Sequence record: NC_041994.1
Direction: 5' to 3' (one strand)
Length of the DNA stretch: 64,000 bases
A program made the position numbers and the translations under genes. The notes under the pieces are model-generated. The model worked only from the letters and a program-made list of their open reading frames with translations. It had not been told where the DNA came from and ran no database searches. Shown here in pieces: positions 54,876 to 63,008 of the stretch (position 1 is its first letter; every line of letters begins with the position of its first letter).

Positions 54876-57014
54876 ATGCGTGAAATTGATGCTACCCTGC
54901 TGGGCCAGCTCGCTAACGATCCGTTTTACGGAACGGTGAGTGCTGCCCGTGGTGCGATGTACGCATCTCACCAGGGACAAGGTCCCATCATGGAAGAAAA
55001 CGAGCCTCGGCGTACCATGTCCGGTACCGAGCCTCATTATGCAAAGCATACTTTCGATATCCGCTTCCCGGTAGCGGCCACGATTCTGCACGTGGTTCGT
55101 AAATACCCACCGGGTCTCGGCATGGGCGGTGACAACATCCGTCACAACCCGATCACCACGATCATCTACGAGGACTATTACTGCCCGTTCAAAACCATCG
55201 GGGTTATCCAGGTACCAGACTTCAACAGTCTGCACCAGGACTTTGGTTACAAGTACAAGCGCAACGAAAAGCTGTGGGACCGGATTGTACCCGGTGCTGA
55301 AATCGACGCTGACGAAGTGTTGTGTGCATCCACCGCAGTAAAAGGCAATGGTCTTTACGGTACAGGCATCTCCGCTGAAACCGTCTTTATGTCCGTGCCG
55401 GGGTCTATCGAGGACGGCTTCGACTTTAACGAAGAATTTCTTGAGCGCATGGCTCCAACTGTCTATGGCAAGTACATCGGCAGCTCGGGTCAGAAGTCGA
55501 TCCTGCTGAACCTGTATGGCGATGACAAGATCTACAAGCCGTATCCAGATATCGGTGACCGTGTACGGGCTGACGGCCTGATCATGGCGATGCGTGACAT
55601 CGACGAGAACTTGGCACCGGCACAAATGACCGCACGCGCACTGCGTGAAGTCGACCATGCATTCGACCGCCGTATCTACGGCAAGCCGGGTGCATTGGTT
55701 AAGAATGTCACGGTGTATCGTGACAGTCGGGTGTATCCAAGTAACGTGCCAATCGGCATGGACACACAGCTGAACAAGTATTACCAGGCCGGTTGCCGGT
55801 ACTACCAACAGCTGATGACCATTTACGATGGGCTGAAGAAGCGCCGTGGTAAATCCCTGCGCATCACCGAAGAACTCAACCAACTGCTGGTAGAAGCACA
55901 GATCTATCTGCCAACCCCGGACAACATGCGTAAGCTGACCCGCATGTATCGTCTGGACATCCTTGACGAATACCGCGTTGAAGTTACCACCGAACACAAA
56001 ATGATCCCAGACATGGGGTTCAAAGCCACCGACTGTGTAGGTGGTAAAGGGGTTGTGTGCCGTACACGCCCAGCGCATGAAATGCCACTGACCAAACACG
56101 GTGTGCGCGCTGACGTGGTGATCTACGGTGGCTCGACAATCCGACGCTCTAACTTCGGGCGGTTCTACGAGCAGTTCTATAACGCGGCATCGCGTGACCT
56201 GCTGTTCCGTCTGCGTGAGCAATGCGGTTTCATGGCGCAAGTACGCCCAACCAAACATCAACTTCAAGAACTGGCTAAGAAGCCAGACCTCGTGCGTAGT
56301 GTGTTCGACCAACTGCGTTCTTACTTCTCGCTGTGGGCTCCAATCCATAACGAGCTGTTGGAACCTGACGTTGCTAACCCAACTGAATATGTCTTGGCCG
56401 TTCTGGAAGATGGTCAGCACAAGAACCCTGGCATCACGGTAAACATCCCAGTCGATAACCCAGTGGACATCCTCGACACGGTTCGTAAGATCCAAGCGAG
56501 TGAGTTCGCTCCGCACTACGACACCGTTACGTACACGGACAACGCCGGCAACGTCGTTCCAACCGAGTGCAAAGTGTTGTGTGGTGCGCTCCAGATCTTC
56601 CTGCTGGAGAAGATCGGTGAAGACTGGTCAGGTGTGGCATCAGCGAAGACGCAGCAGTTTGGTCTGCCGGCGAAGATGGGTAGCGGTGACGCTAACCGTA
56701 CGCCTGGTCGCGAGAACCCAATGCGTTCTGCTGGTGAATCGGAGACTCGTTCTTACGTAGCTACTATTGGTGCGTGGGCAACGAACGAACTGTTGGATCA
56801 GACCAATAACCCACAAGCTCACCGCGCGGTTATCCGATCCTTCTTGCAAGCCGATCAACCCACCAACATCGCTGTGGCAGTACCGCGGGACGAAATCCCG
56901 TACGGTGGCTCTCGCCCAGTGGCGTTGATGAACCACCTGCTCGAATGCCGTGGCGTTCGTTTCATCTATACACCAGATAGCGCGTCGGCGAATCTAGTCG
57001 GCGTATTACTTTAA
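54876..57014 (+). CDS. Non-virion RNA polymerase beta C-terminal subunit (phiKZ gp71-73-like)
   Basis: SARGAMY..H, SIEDG, KATDCVGGKGVV (GDK..GRHGNKGVV equivalent) and NPMRSAGESE; uninterrupted; start moved to 54876. Confidence 0.88.
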   Translation: MREIDATLLGQLANDPFYGTVSAARGAMYASHQGQGPIMEENEPRRTMSGTEPHYAKHTFDIRFPVAATILHVVRKYPPGLGMGGDNIRHNPITTIIYEDYYCPFKTIGVIQVPDFNSLHQDFGYKYKRNEKLWDRIVPGAEIDADEVLCASTAVKGNGLYGTGISAETVFMSVPGSIEDGFDFNEEFLERMAPTVYGKYIGSSGQKSILLNLYGDDKIYKPYPDIGDRVRADGLIMAMRDIDENLAPAQMTARALREVDHAFDRRIYGKPGALVKNVTVYRDSRVYPSNVPIGMDTQLNKYYQAGCRYYQQLMTIYDGLKKRRGKSLRITEELNQLLVEAQIYLPTPDNMRKLTRMYRLDILDEYRVEVTTEHKMIPDMGFKATDCVGGKGVVCRTRPAHEMPLTKHGVRADVVIYGGSTIRRSNFGRFYEQFYNAASRDLLFRLREQCGFMAQVRPTKHQLQELAKKPDLVRSVFDQLRSYFSLWAPIHNELLEPDVANPTEYVLAVLEDGQHKNPGITVNIPVDNPVDILDTVRKIQASEFAPHYDTVTYTDNAGNVVPTECKVLCGALQIFLLEKIGEDWSGVASAKTQQFGLPAKMGSGDANRTPGRENPMRSAGESETRSYVATIGAWATNELLDQTNNPQAHRAVIRSFLQADQPTNIAVAVPRDEIPYGGSRPVALMNHLLECRGVRFIYTPDSASANLVGVLL

Positions 57015-57031
57015 CTGGACGGAGTTAAGCC

Positions 57032-59008
57032 ATGGGTTGTTTTGTCGCACGGGATCTTCTGGCCATGCCGGAAGATGATCTTTGGCGTATCCCACACGAC
57101 GAATACCATAAGCTGATCTGCGCAGACGGTGAACTGGAGATTGTTGGGGCCGACCTCATCAACACAGTTTACCTCTGGTACCCGTTGATTGACTACCCGA
57201 ACGCACCAATCGTTCGGGAGTACGTGCATGACTCCGAGATGGAGTTCAAAGGTAACTCAAACCTTAACATCCTGAACAAACTGCTTTGGGGTGTGCACAG
57301 TTATTTCAACGAGAATGTCGATCCGGAGATGTTGGCTCTGGCGGCAATGCGCACGATGAACCGTTGGTACAACGTCATCACAGTACGGTGCGCGTCTTCG
57401 GTGTCGACCATGTCGATCCTGGACGTGCTGGAGGTCATGGACCATCCAGAAATCAAACACGCAAACGCAACGGTGGAGCCCAATCGACATTCCATCGAGG
57501 AGGTCACGTACAAGACCATCGAACGGGTTCTGAAAGACCCGAACGAACTGCCACTCAACCCGATCGCCATGGGCATCCGTTGTGGAACCCAGAAGATCGA
57601 CCAGGTTAAACAATGCTTCGGCCCACGGGGTTATGTTACTGACATCAACTCCGACATCTTTGAGGAACCCATCCTCAAAGGTTACGTGGAAGGTATCTGG
57701 GACCTGTACGGTTCCATGATCGAATCCCGTTCGGGTACCAAGGCGCTGGCCTACAACAAAGAGCTGCTGCGTAACACTGAGTACTTCAACCGTAAGACCC
57801 AGCTCATTGCACAGTACGTGCGTGGCTTGGCACCGGGTGATTGTGGTACACCGCATTTCCAAGAAGTGCCGGTGATCAAAGTCCTGCTGAAACAAATGGC
57901 GGGCAAGTACTACCTGAACGAAACTACCGGGCAGCTGGATTGGCTGCGTGGTAACGAGGAACATCTGATCGGTAAGACGATCAAGATGCGTGGCGTGATG
58001 ACGTGTATCCATCCGGAAACGGGTGTGATCTGCTCGAAGTGCTACGGGCGTTTGTCGTACAGCATTCCTCGCGGTACCAACATCGGTCAGGTATCGGCGG
58101 TGCAAGTGGGTGACATGATCACCTCCAACGTACTGTCGACCAAACACACCGACGTAACGTCGCGTGTGGACCGTCTGCAACTGGCGAAGGTGGAAGGTGA
58201 CTACCTGCGTTACGGCAAGCAGGAAGAGGCGCTGTATCTGCGTCAGGAACTGGCTGGTCGTAATGTGCGGTTGGTGATCGATCGCAGCGAAGCCGCTAAC
58301 CTGGCTGACATCCTGATGCTTCGGGATCTGTCGGGCTACCCAGTGACCAACGCCACAGAACTCTCGCAGGTCCACATCCAAGCGGAAACTGCTGAAGGTA
58401 CTGTGTCGGACATCCTGACGGTATCGCTGTACAACCGTAAGTCCAGCTTGACGGTAGAAGCACTGGAGCACTTGCGTAAGAACAAGTGGGAGTACGATGC
58501 GCGTGGCAACATTATCATCGACCTCGCTAACTTCGATCTGAGCAAGCCGGTGTTGATCCTGCCGAACAAGCACGTCAACATGTACGAAGTGATGAAACGC
58601 ATTCGTTCCTTCCTGCACTCGGGCAGTGACGACGGCGCTAAATCGACTCTCGATCCGCTGGAATACTCGGGCAAGATCTATCTGAAGAACTTCAAGGACC
58701 CGACCACTGGCCTGTTGGTTTTTGCAAACATGCTGAACGAGAAGTTGAAGATCAACATCGTTCACTGTGAGATTCTGGTATACGCTATGATGGTGCGCTC
58801 TGCCGTCAATCGCGATTACCGTCTGCCGAAACCTGGTATCAGTGGCGTATTCGAGAAGTACAACCGTCTGATGTTGAACCGCAGTCTATCGGGTGCGATG
58901 GCATTCGAGAAGCAGCATGAACCGTTCAACAATCCGGCGTGCTATCTGACGCTGGAGCGTGATGATCACCCGTATGACGCAGTGCTGCTGGGTGGCAAGA
59001 TGAACTAA
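57032..59008 (+). CDS. Non-virion RNA polymerase beta' C-terminal subunit (phiKZ gp74-like)
   Basis: GPRGYV, GYVEG, trigger-region EYFNRKTQL, DCGT, C....GVICSKCYG and QVSAVQVGDMIT.NVLSTKH. Confidence 0.88.
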   Translation: MGCFVARDLLAMPEDDLWRIPHDEYHKLICADGELEIVGADLINTVYLWYPLIDYPNAPIVREYVHDSEMEFKGNSNLNILNKLLWGVHSYFNENVDPEMLALAAMRTMNRWYNVITVRCASSVSTMSILDVLEVMDHPEIKHANATVEPNRHSIEEVTYKTIERVLKDPNELPLNPIAMGIRCGTQKIDQVKQCFGPRGYVTDINSDIFEEPILKGYVEGIWDLYGSMIESRSGTKALAYNKELLRNTEYFNRKTQLIAQYVRGLAPGDCGTPHFQEVPVIKVLLKQMAGKYYLNETTGQLDWLRGNEEHLIGKTIKMRGVMTCIHPETGVICSKCYGRLSYSIPRGTNIGQVSAVQVGDMITSNVLSTKHTDVTSRVDRLQLAKVEGDYLRYGKQEEALYLRQELAGRNVRLVIDRSEAANLADILMLRDLSGYPVTNATELSQVHIQAETAEGTVSDILTVSLYNRKSSLTVEALEHLRKNKWEYDARGNIIIDLANFDLSKPVLILPNKHVNMYEVMKRIRSFLHSGSDDGAKSTLDPLEYSGKIYLKNFKDPTTGLLVFANMLNEKLKINIVHCEILVYAMMVRSAVNRDYRLPKPGISGVFEKYNRLMLNRSLSGAMAFEKQHEPFNNPACYLTLERDDHPYDAVLLGGKMN

Positions 59009-59074
59009 CTACCTATAGGCCCGTCCTTAGGTAGTTGCCTACGGACGGAGGTAGTGTGGGGGCTACGGCCCCCA
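59007..59074 (+). other. Structured intergenic RNA with alternative pairings
   Basis: aactaccta can pair with taggtagtt at 59028, or actacct with aggtagt at 59049; plus tgggggc-TACG-gccccca hairpin. Confidence 0.45.
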
Positions 59075-59083
59075 TGCCTTTAC

Positions 59084-60598
59084 ATGTCAGTCAGCCTCAA
59101 GATCGAGAAGTACTCCCATGGCTGCCGCGTGACAGGGTTCGATGTGGATGCCCTCCACAAGACCACGCGGTTTCTGGAAACCCTTTCGCTAAAGGAACCC
59201 CAACGCGTACAAAACCGCATGCAGATGGTGCTGAAGAAAAAGTACTACGGCATGACGGAGAACCGGCGTGAGCTGTTTATCCACCGCAACACGCTGACCG
59301 ACTACGTTAACCACATGAGTGAGTCGGGCTACCCGACCGCCAAGATCGTCTACAACCAAATCCCCGTCCCAGAAGCAGCGAACGCTGACTATTTGATCGA
59401 CGAGAAGTATCAACTTCGGGATTACCAAATTCCTATCGTTACCGAACTGGCTGACGATACCTACTCCCGCCGTCTGGATCTCCAGACAGGTAAGGGTAAG
59501 ACGTTTACCACACTCGCCGCCTTAGCCCGAATGGCTGTGCGCGGTATTGTGATGATCCCACCGAAGTACTTCGGGATCTGGAAGACGGCCTTAGAAGAAA
59601 CCTACAGCGACAGCGCCAAGTACCGGATGTGTTCGGGCTCTGGAGAGCTCAAGCAGCTCATTATCGACGGATTGGATGGTAACATACACGAGGAGGTCGT
59701 TATCGTCTCCTGTGTGTCTTACAGGGGCTACATCGAGGCCTATGAGACCTACGGTGAGAACATCGAGGCTTCGGGCTACATGGTGCCTCCACCGCGCTTC
59801 CACGAAGCGATTGGTGCAGGTTGCCAGATCAACGATGAGTTCCAAGAAGACCCGGGGTTGTACTTCCGGATCGACGTGTACTCCAACGTCAAGAAAATGA
59901 TCTACTTGTCTGCTACACCTTACACGGGGAACCCTTACGTTACCCGGATGATTGATGTGATGACGCCTGCCGAAACCCGGTGCACGTTGCCGGAGTGGGA
60001 TCGTTACATTGACGTGGTGTGGATCTACTACAGTGATCCAACGGTGCAAGCCAAGGATTACCTGACCCCGTTCAAGAACACGTACAACCATGCCCGTTAC
60101 GAAACCAAGATGCTGGAGAAGAAGAAGCGTCTGGACTGCTATCAGGCATACGTGCGTCGGGCAGTAGAAGGACTGTTCGTCCGGGACATGCAACCGGGAC
60201 AGAAAGCATTGATCTTGTGCTCGACCGTGAAGTTCATTCACGCCTTGACCAAGTACTTGCAGAAAGAGTTCCCTGATCTGTCCATCGGCTTCCACGTCGC
60301 AGGTTGCGACTACAAGAAGCTGGTGACCTATGACATCATCGTCTCCACGCCAAAGTCGTGTGGTACCGGTGTTGACATTCCTAACCTGCGGGAAACCTTC
60401 TTGCTGGTGGCCACAGGTTCTGAGAAAGATGCTGTGCAGATCATGGGTCGTACCCGTCCGCTGAAGCTGTACCCAAACCACACCCCGCGCTTGAACGTGC
60501 TGGTGTGCAACAACATCCCACAACACGGCCGCTATATGGCAGCCAACGAAGAAGTCTTTGCGAAGAAAGCGCGCTTCCAACGCAAGGCCCGATTGTAG
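59084..60598 (+). CDS. SF2 (UvsW/RAD-like) helicase (phiKZ gp75-like)
   Basis: LRDYQ, Walker A LQTGKGKT, NDEFQ, LSATP, GTGVDIPNL and QIMGR; start probably ATG 59084. Confidence 0.9.
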   Translation: MSVSLKIEKYSHGCRVTGFDVDALHKTTRFLETLSLKEPQRVQNRMQMVLKKKYYGMTENRRELFIHRNTLTDYVNHMSESGYPTAKIVYNQIPVPEAANADYLIDEKYQLRDYQIPIVTELADDTYSRRLDLQTGKGKTFTTLAALARMAVRGIVMIPPKYFGIWKTALEETYSDSAKYRMCSGSGELKQLIIDGLDGNIHEEVVIVSCVSYRGYIEAYETYGENIEASGYMVPPPRFHEAIGAGCQINDEFQEDPGLYFRIDVYSNVKKMIYLSATPYTGNPYVTRMIDVMTPAETRCTLPEWDRYIDVVWIYYSDPTVQAKDYLTPFKNTYNHARYETKMLEKKKRLDCYQAYVRRAVEGLFVRDMQPGQKALILCSTVKFIHALTKYLQKEFPDLSIGFHVAGCDYKKLVTYDIIVSTPKSCGTGVDIPNLRETFLLVATGSEKDAVQIMGRTRPLKLYPNHTPRLNVLVCNNIPQHGRYMAANEEVFAKKARFQRKARL

Positions 60599-60610
60599 AC
60601 AAACGCAGAG

Positions 60611-60636
60611 CTCCCTGCTTCGGCAGGGAGGTTATG
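60611..60636 (+). terminator. Hairpin terminator
   Basis: ctccctgc-TTCG-gcagggag-gttatg. Confidence 0.7.
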
Positions 60637-60656
60637 CCCGCCTCGGAGTTTAGTAG

Positions 60657-61262
60657 ATGGTTGAGAATTGGATTGAGAACACAGGACTGGCCTACTTCCG
60701 CTACTGGTACGCGGATGGGACTTTTGAACGCCGGATACTGATCGGCCCCTACTGTCTGCTCGACGGTGCGCGTGTAGGTGAACACATTCATACCACCGGC
60801 TTTCGTTTGTCGTTCTATGACCTGATCACCATGACCGGTCCAATTCCGCAGGATGGGATTGAGGAACTCAAGGCGATTAAGTCGTATCCACTGCTGCGTC
60901 TGCTACTGGGTAAACATGTCACCTGTGAAGTGCCCGATGAAGACTCGGCGTACAACACCAAGATCGACGGCAAGTGGTACACCATCACCCGCCATCAACG
61001 CTGGACGTCCTACGCACACTTCAAACGCTGGCTGAAGATCAAAGGGTCGTGGTTGCAATGCTACACGATCACCAGTGATGAAGATGACGACCTACCGCCT
61101 TACAGCTTTGCCCACCGTACGTGGGTAGGGCGCTCGCCATCTCCTGAAGAAGTACTCAAGCAAGCCAAAGAGCTTCAAGTACTCGCTCAGGAACTAGCCG
61201 ACAGCCTACGCGGTATCGGCTACGAAGAACTACCCACTGAAGAAAAGAAGGATGCACCATGA
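60657..61262 (+). CDS. Hypothetical protein
   Basis: GGAG SD; 201 aa. Confidence 0.7.
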   Translation: MVENWIENTGLAYFRYWYADGTFERRILIGPYCLLDGARVGEHIHTTGFRLSFYDLITMTGPIPQDGIEELKAIKSYPLLRLLLGKHVTCEVPDEDSAYNTKIDGKWYTITRHQRWTSYAHFKRWLKIKGSWLQCYTITSDEDDDLPPYSFAHRTWVGRSPSPEEVLKQAKELQVLAQELADSLRGIGYEELPTEEKKDAP

Positions 61263-61741
61263 ACCAGACCATCATTGATCAGTTGAATGACAGCCTCACC
61301 TCCGCGGGCAGTTTTACGGGCCACCAATATGTTTTAGGGTTGCCCAAGAAACCCGATCCAGAAGCACTGGGTGAGTACTACTTCTACGTTGACCGTCGTG
61401 TTGACGCCACCACCCAGCCTTATGTGCGCGACACCTTCGGCGAGTGGATGAACTTCCTTGAGGTCACCCGCAAGCCTGAGATCAAGAACCCAGGCACCAA
61501 GTACGGCACTGACCCACTGGGCAGTCGTATCGCCACCGAGGCGCTGTTGTCGTTGATCTACGAACGTTCTGTGATCAATGACCGTGGTGTGTTGCGCGGA
61601 ATCCTCAAGGTATTTGCTGGTCTCGGTTACGTCCCATTCGGCGTAGAGATCGCCGGGCGTGATGACCACCTGGAGGTTGGCATCAACCTTCGGGGTAACA
61701 ACGATGTCTACCACATCGACCTGACCGTCAACACCAAGTAG
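61259..61741 (+). CDS. Hypothetical protein
   Basis: ATGA overlap; AAGGA SD; 160 aa. Confidence 0.7.
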   Translation: MNQTIIDQLNDSLTSAGSFTGHQYVLGLPKKPDPEALGEYYFYVDRRVDATTQPYVRDTFGEWMNFLEVTRKPEIKNPGTKYGTDPLGSRIATEALLSLIYERSVINDRGVLRGILKVFAGLGYVPFGVEIAGRDDHLEVGINLRGNNDVYHIDLTVNTK

Positions 61742-61749
61742 GGGTCGGT

Positions 61750-62328
61750 ATGGAAATCAATCCAGCTCTCTTGGGTGCGACCAACATGATCCATGGTTGG
61801 CCGTACTCTGATGTAAAAGGTGGCGCTCGTGGCGCCATGTTCACTCAAAGCCAAAAGCAAAAGGAAACCGCTGTGTCCCAACCTCTCGTTAAACGTTTTC
61901 GCAACGACCGTATCTCCTTTCTGATCACCCAAGGCCGCCTGCGTCTGGAATCGAACATCCAGAACTTCTACGAGATCATCGGTGGTGGTAGCGATCCGGA
62001 GAAGCTCGCTCGCGCTAAAGAAGTCTTCAAGCGTGAAGAGCAGCCGGATGGTTCGGTGGCGATGATCTGGGGCGACGGTATCGAGCGTCACACTGCGCAC
62101 ATCGGTCTGGACAGCTTCACCATCGTGACCAGCAATCTGGAAACCGGTGCAGAGACCCAGGTCACCGAGCACATGTACACCCACGAAGACCTGCGTATCG
62201 GCAAGAAGTTCGGCGACTACGTCATCGACGAATACACCGGCCAGATCGTACACCGCAAGAACCGTACCCGTGATCCGATCAAGCCGTTTGCTCTGAGCGA
62301 CTTGTCCTGGGCACCTAAAAGCGTTTAA
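61750..62328 (+). CDS. Hypothetical protein
   Basis: 192 aa with strong codon bias. Confidence 0.75.
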   Translation: MEINPALLGATNMIHGWPYSDVKGGARGAMFTQSQKQKETAVSQPLVKRFRNDRISFLITQGRLRLESNIQNFYEIIGGGSDPEKLARAKEVFKREEQPDGSVAMIWGDGIERHTAHIGLDSFTIVTSNLETGAETQVTEHMYTHEDLRIGKKFGDYVIDEYTGQIVHRKNRTRDPIKPFALSDLSWAPKSV

Positions 62329-62337
62329 GGAGCTGCC

Positions 62338-62463
62338 ATGAACTACCCATTCAAGCTTACCGATCAACATGGTGGCTGCGGTGTTGTCTGCAAGGTAACG
62401 CCACCGCGTACCATCAAGCCGTTCAAGCTGTCCGATATCCCGGGTGCACCTAAACGCACCTAA
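62338..62463 (+). CDS. 41-aa microprotein sharing the upstream gene's C-terminal motif (not in ORF track)
   Basis: AAGGAG SD; MNYPFKLTDQHGGCGVVCKVTPPRTIKPFKLSDIPGAPKRT*. Confidence 0.65.
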   Translation: MNYPFKLTDQHGGCGVVCKVTPPRTIKPFKLSDIPGAPKRT

Positions 62464-62473
62464 GCCGTAAGGC

Positions 62474-62520
62474 GACATAAAACCCCTCCCTTAACGGGGA
62501 GGGGCTTATGCCGTTTTTCT
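62474..62520. terminator. Bidirectional hairpin terminator
   Basis: gacataa-aa-cccctccc-ttaacg-gggagggg-cttatgcc-gtttttc between convergent genes. Confidence 0.8.
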
Positions 62521-62529
62521 TTTGTTCGT

Positions 62530-62985
62530 CTAGTGCTTATCGCCTTGCATTTGTTTGTCGAGTTCACGCTGTGCTTTATCAGCGGCGGTGTCTCTTTGTC
62601 GGATGGCGTCTTCTGCCATCTCGATAACAAACATTGCATGAGGATAAGGGAGTTCGCAGAACACGTCCCAAGAGTAACCTTGTTCGTAGATGCGGTAAGT
62701 ATGATAGCGACGGATCAAACTGAACATCGGCCCACCTTCCCAACTGTTCTCCTTTGGATGGAGTGCCATGATGGCCAACGGTCGGTTAGGGTCTGGGTTA
62801 TGGATGTGGTCGTAGATACCGTAATCGGTTTGATAGGCCATGAGGCTGAGCTGTGCCGCAGCCGTTGGTCTTACGGCCGGGGAGTCTCGCAGCATCTGGT
62901 CAATGATCCCATGACGCTGCGCTTGCTGTAGTCCGAACGTCTTAAACAGAACGTGCCCGTTAGGATCGTCGTCGTCAATAGACAA
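62530..62985 (-). CDS. Hypothetical protein, possibly baseplate-assembly related; start uncertain
   Basis: 3' part of the track ORF 62530-63126; TTG 62985 avoids overlap with the upstream gene. Confidence 0.55.
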   Translation of the reverse strand: MSIDDDDPNGHVLFKTFGLQQAQRHGIIDQMLRDSPAVRPTAAAQLSLMAYQTDYGIYDHIHNPDPNRPLAIMALHPKENSWEGGPMFSLIRRYHTYRIYEQGYSWDVFCELPYPHAMFVIEMAEDAIRQRDTAADKAQRELDKQMQGDKH

Positions 62986-63008
62986 GCGACTGTAACGGGA
63001 GTCGTCGT

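Noticed and set aside
54804-56516. 693-aa minus-strand ORF
   Set aside because: Antisense to the RNAP beta-C gene; only the last 122 codons (54435-54803) look like a gene.
41933-59008. Group I introns or inteins in the RNAP subunit genes, as in phiKZ
   Set aside because: The frames are continuous, of expected length, and show no HNH/LAGLIDADG or intein C...HN motifs.
972-62520. Repeated hairpins as a CRISPR array or REP/MITE mobile elements
   Set aside because: They are dispersed singly at gene ends, have no regular spacers, target-site duplications or transposase, and fit terminators.
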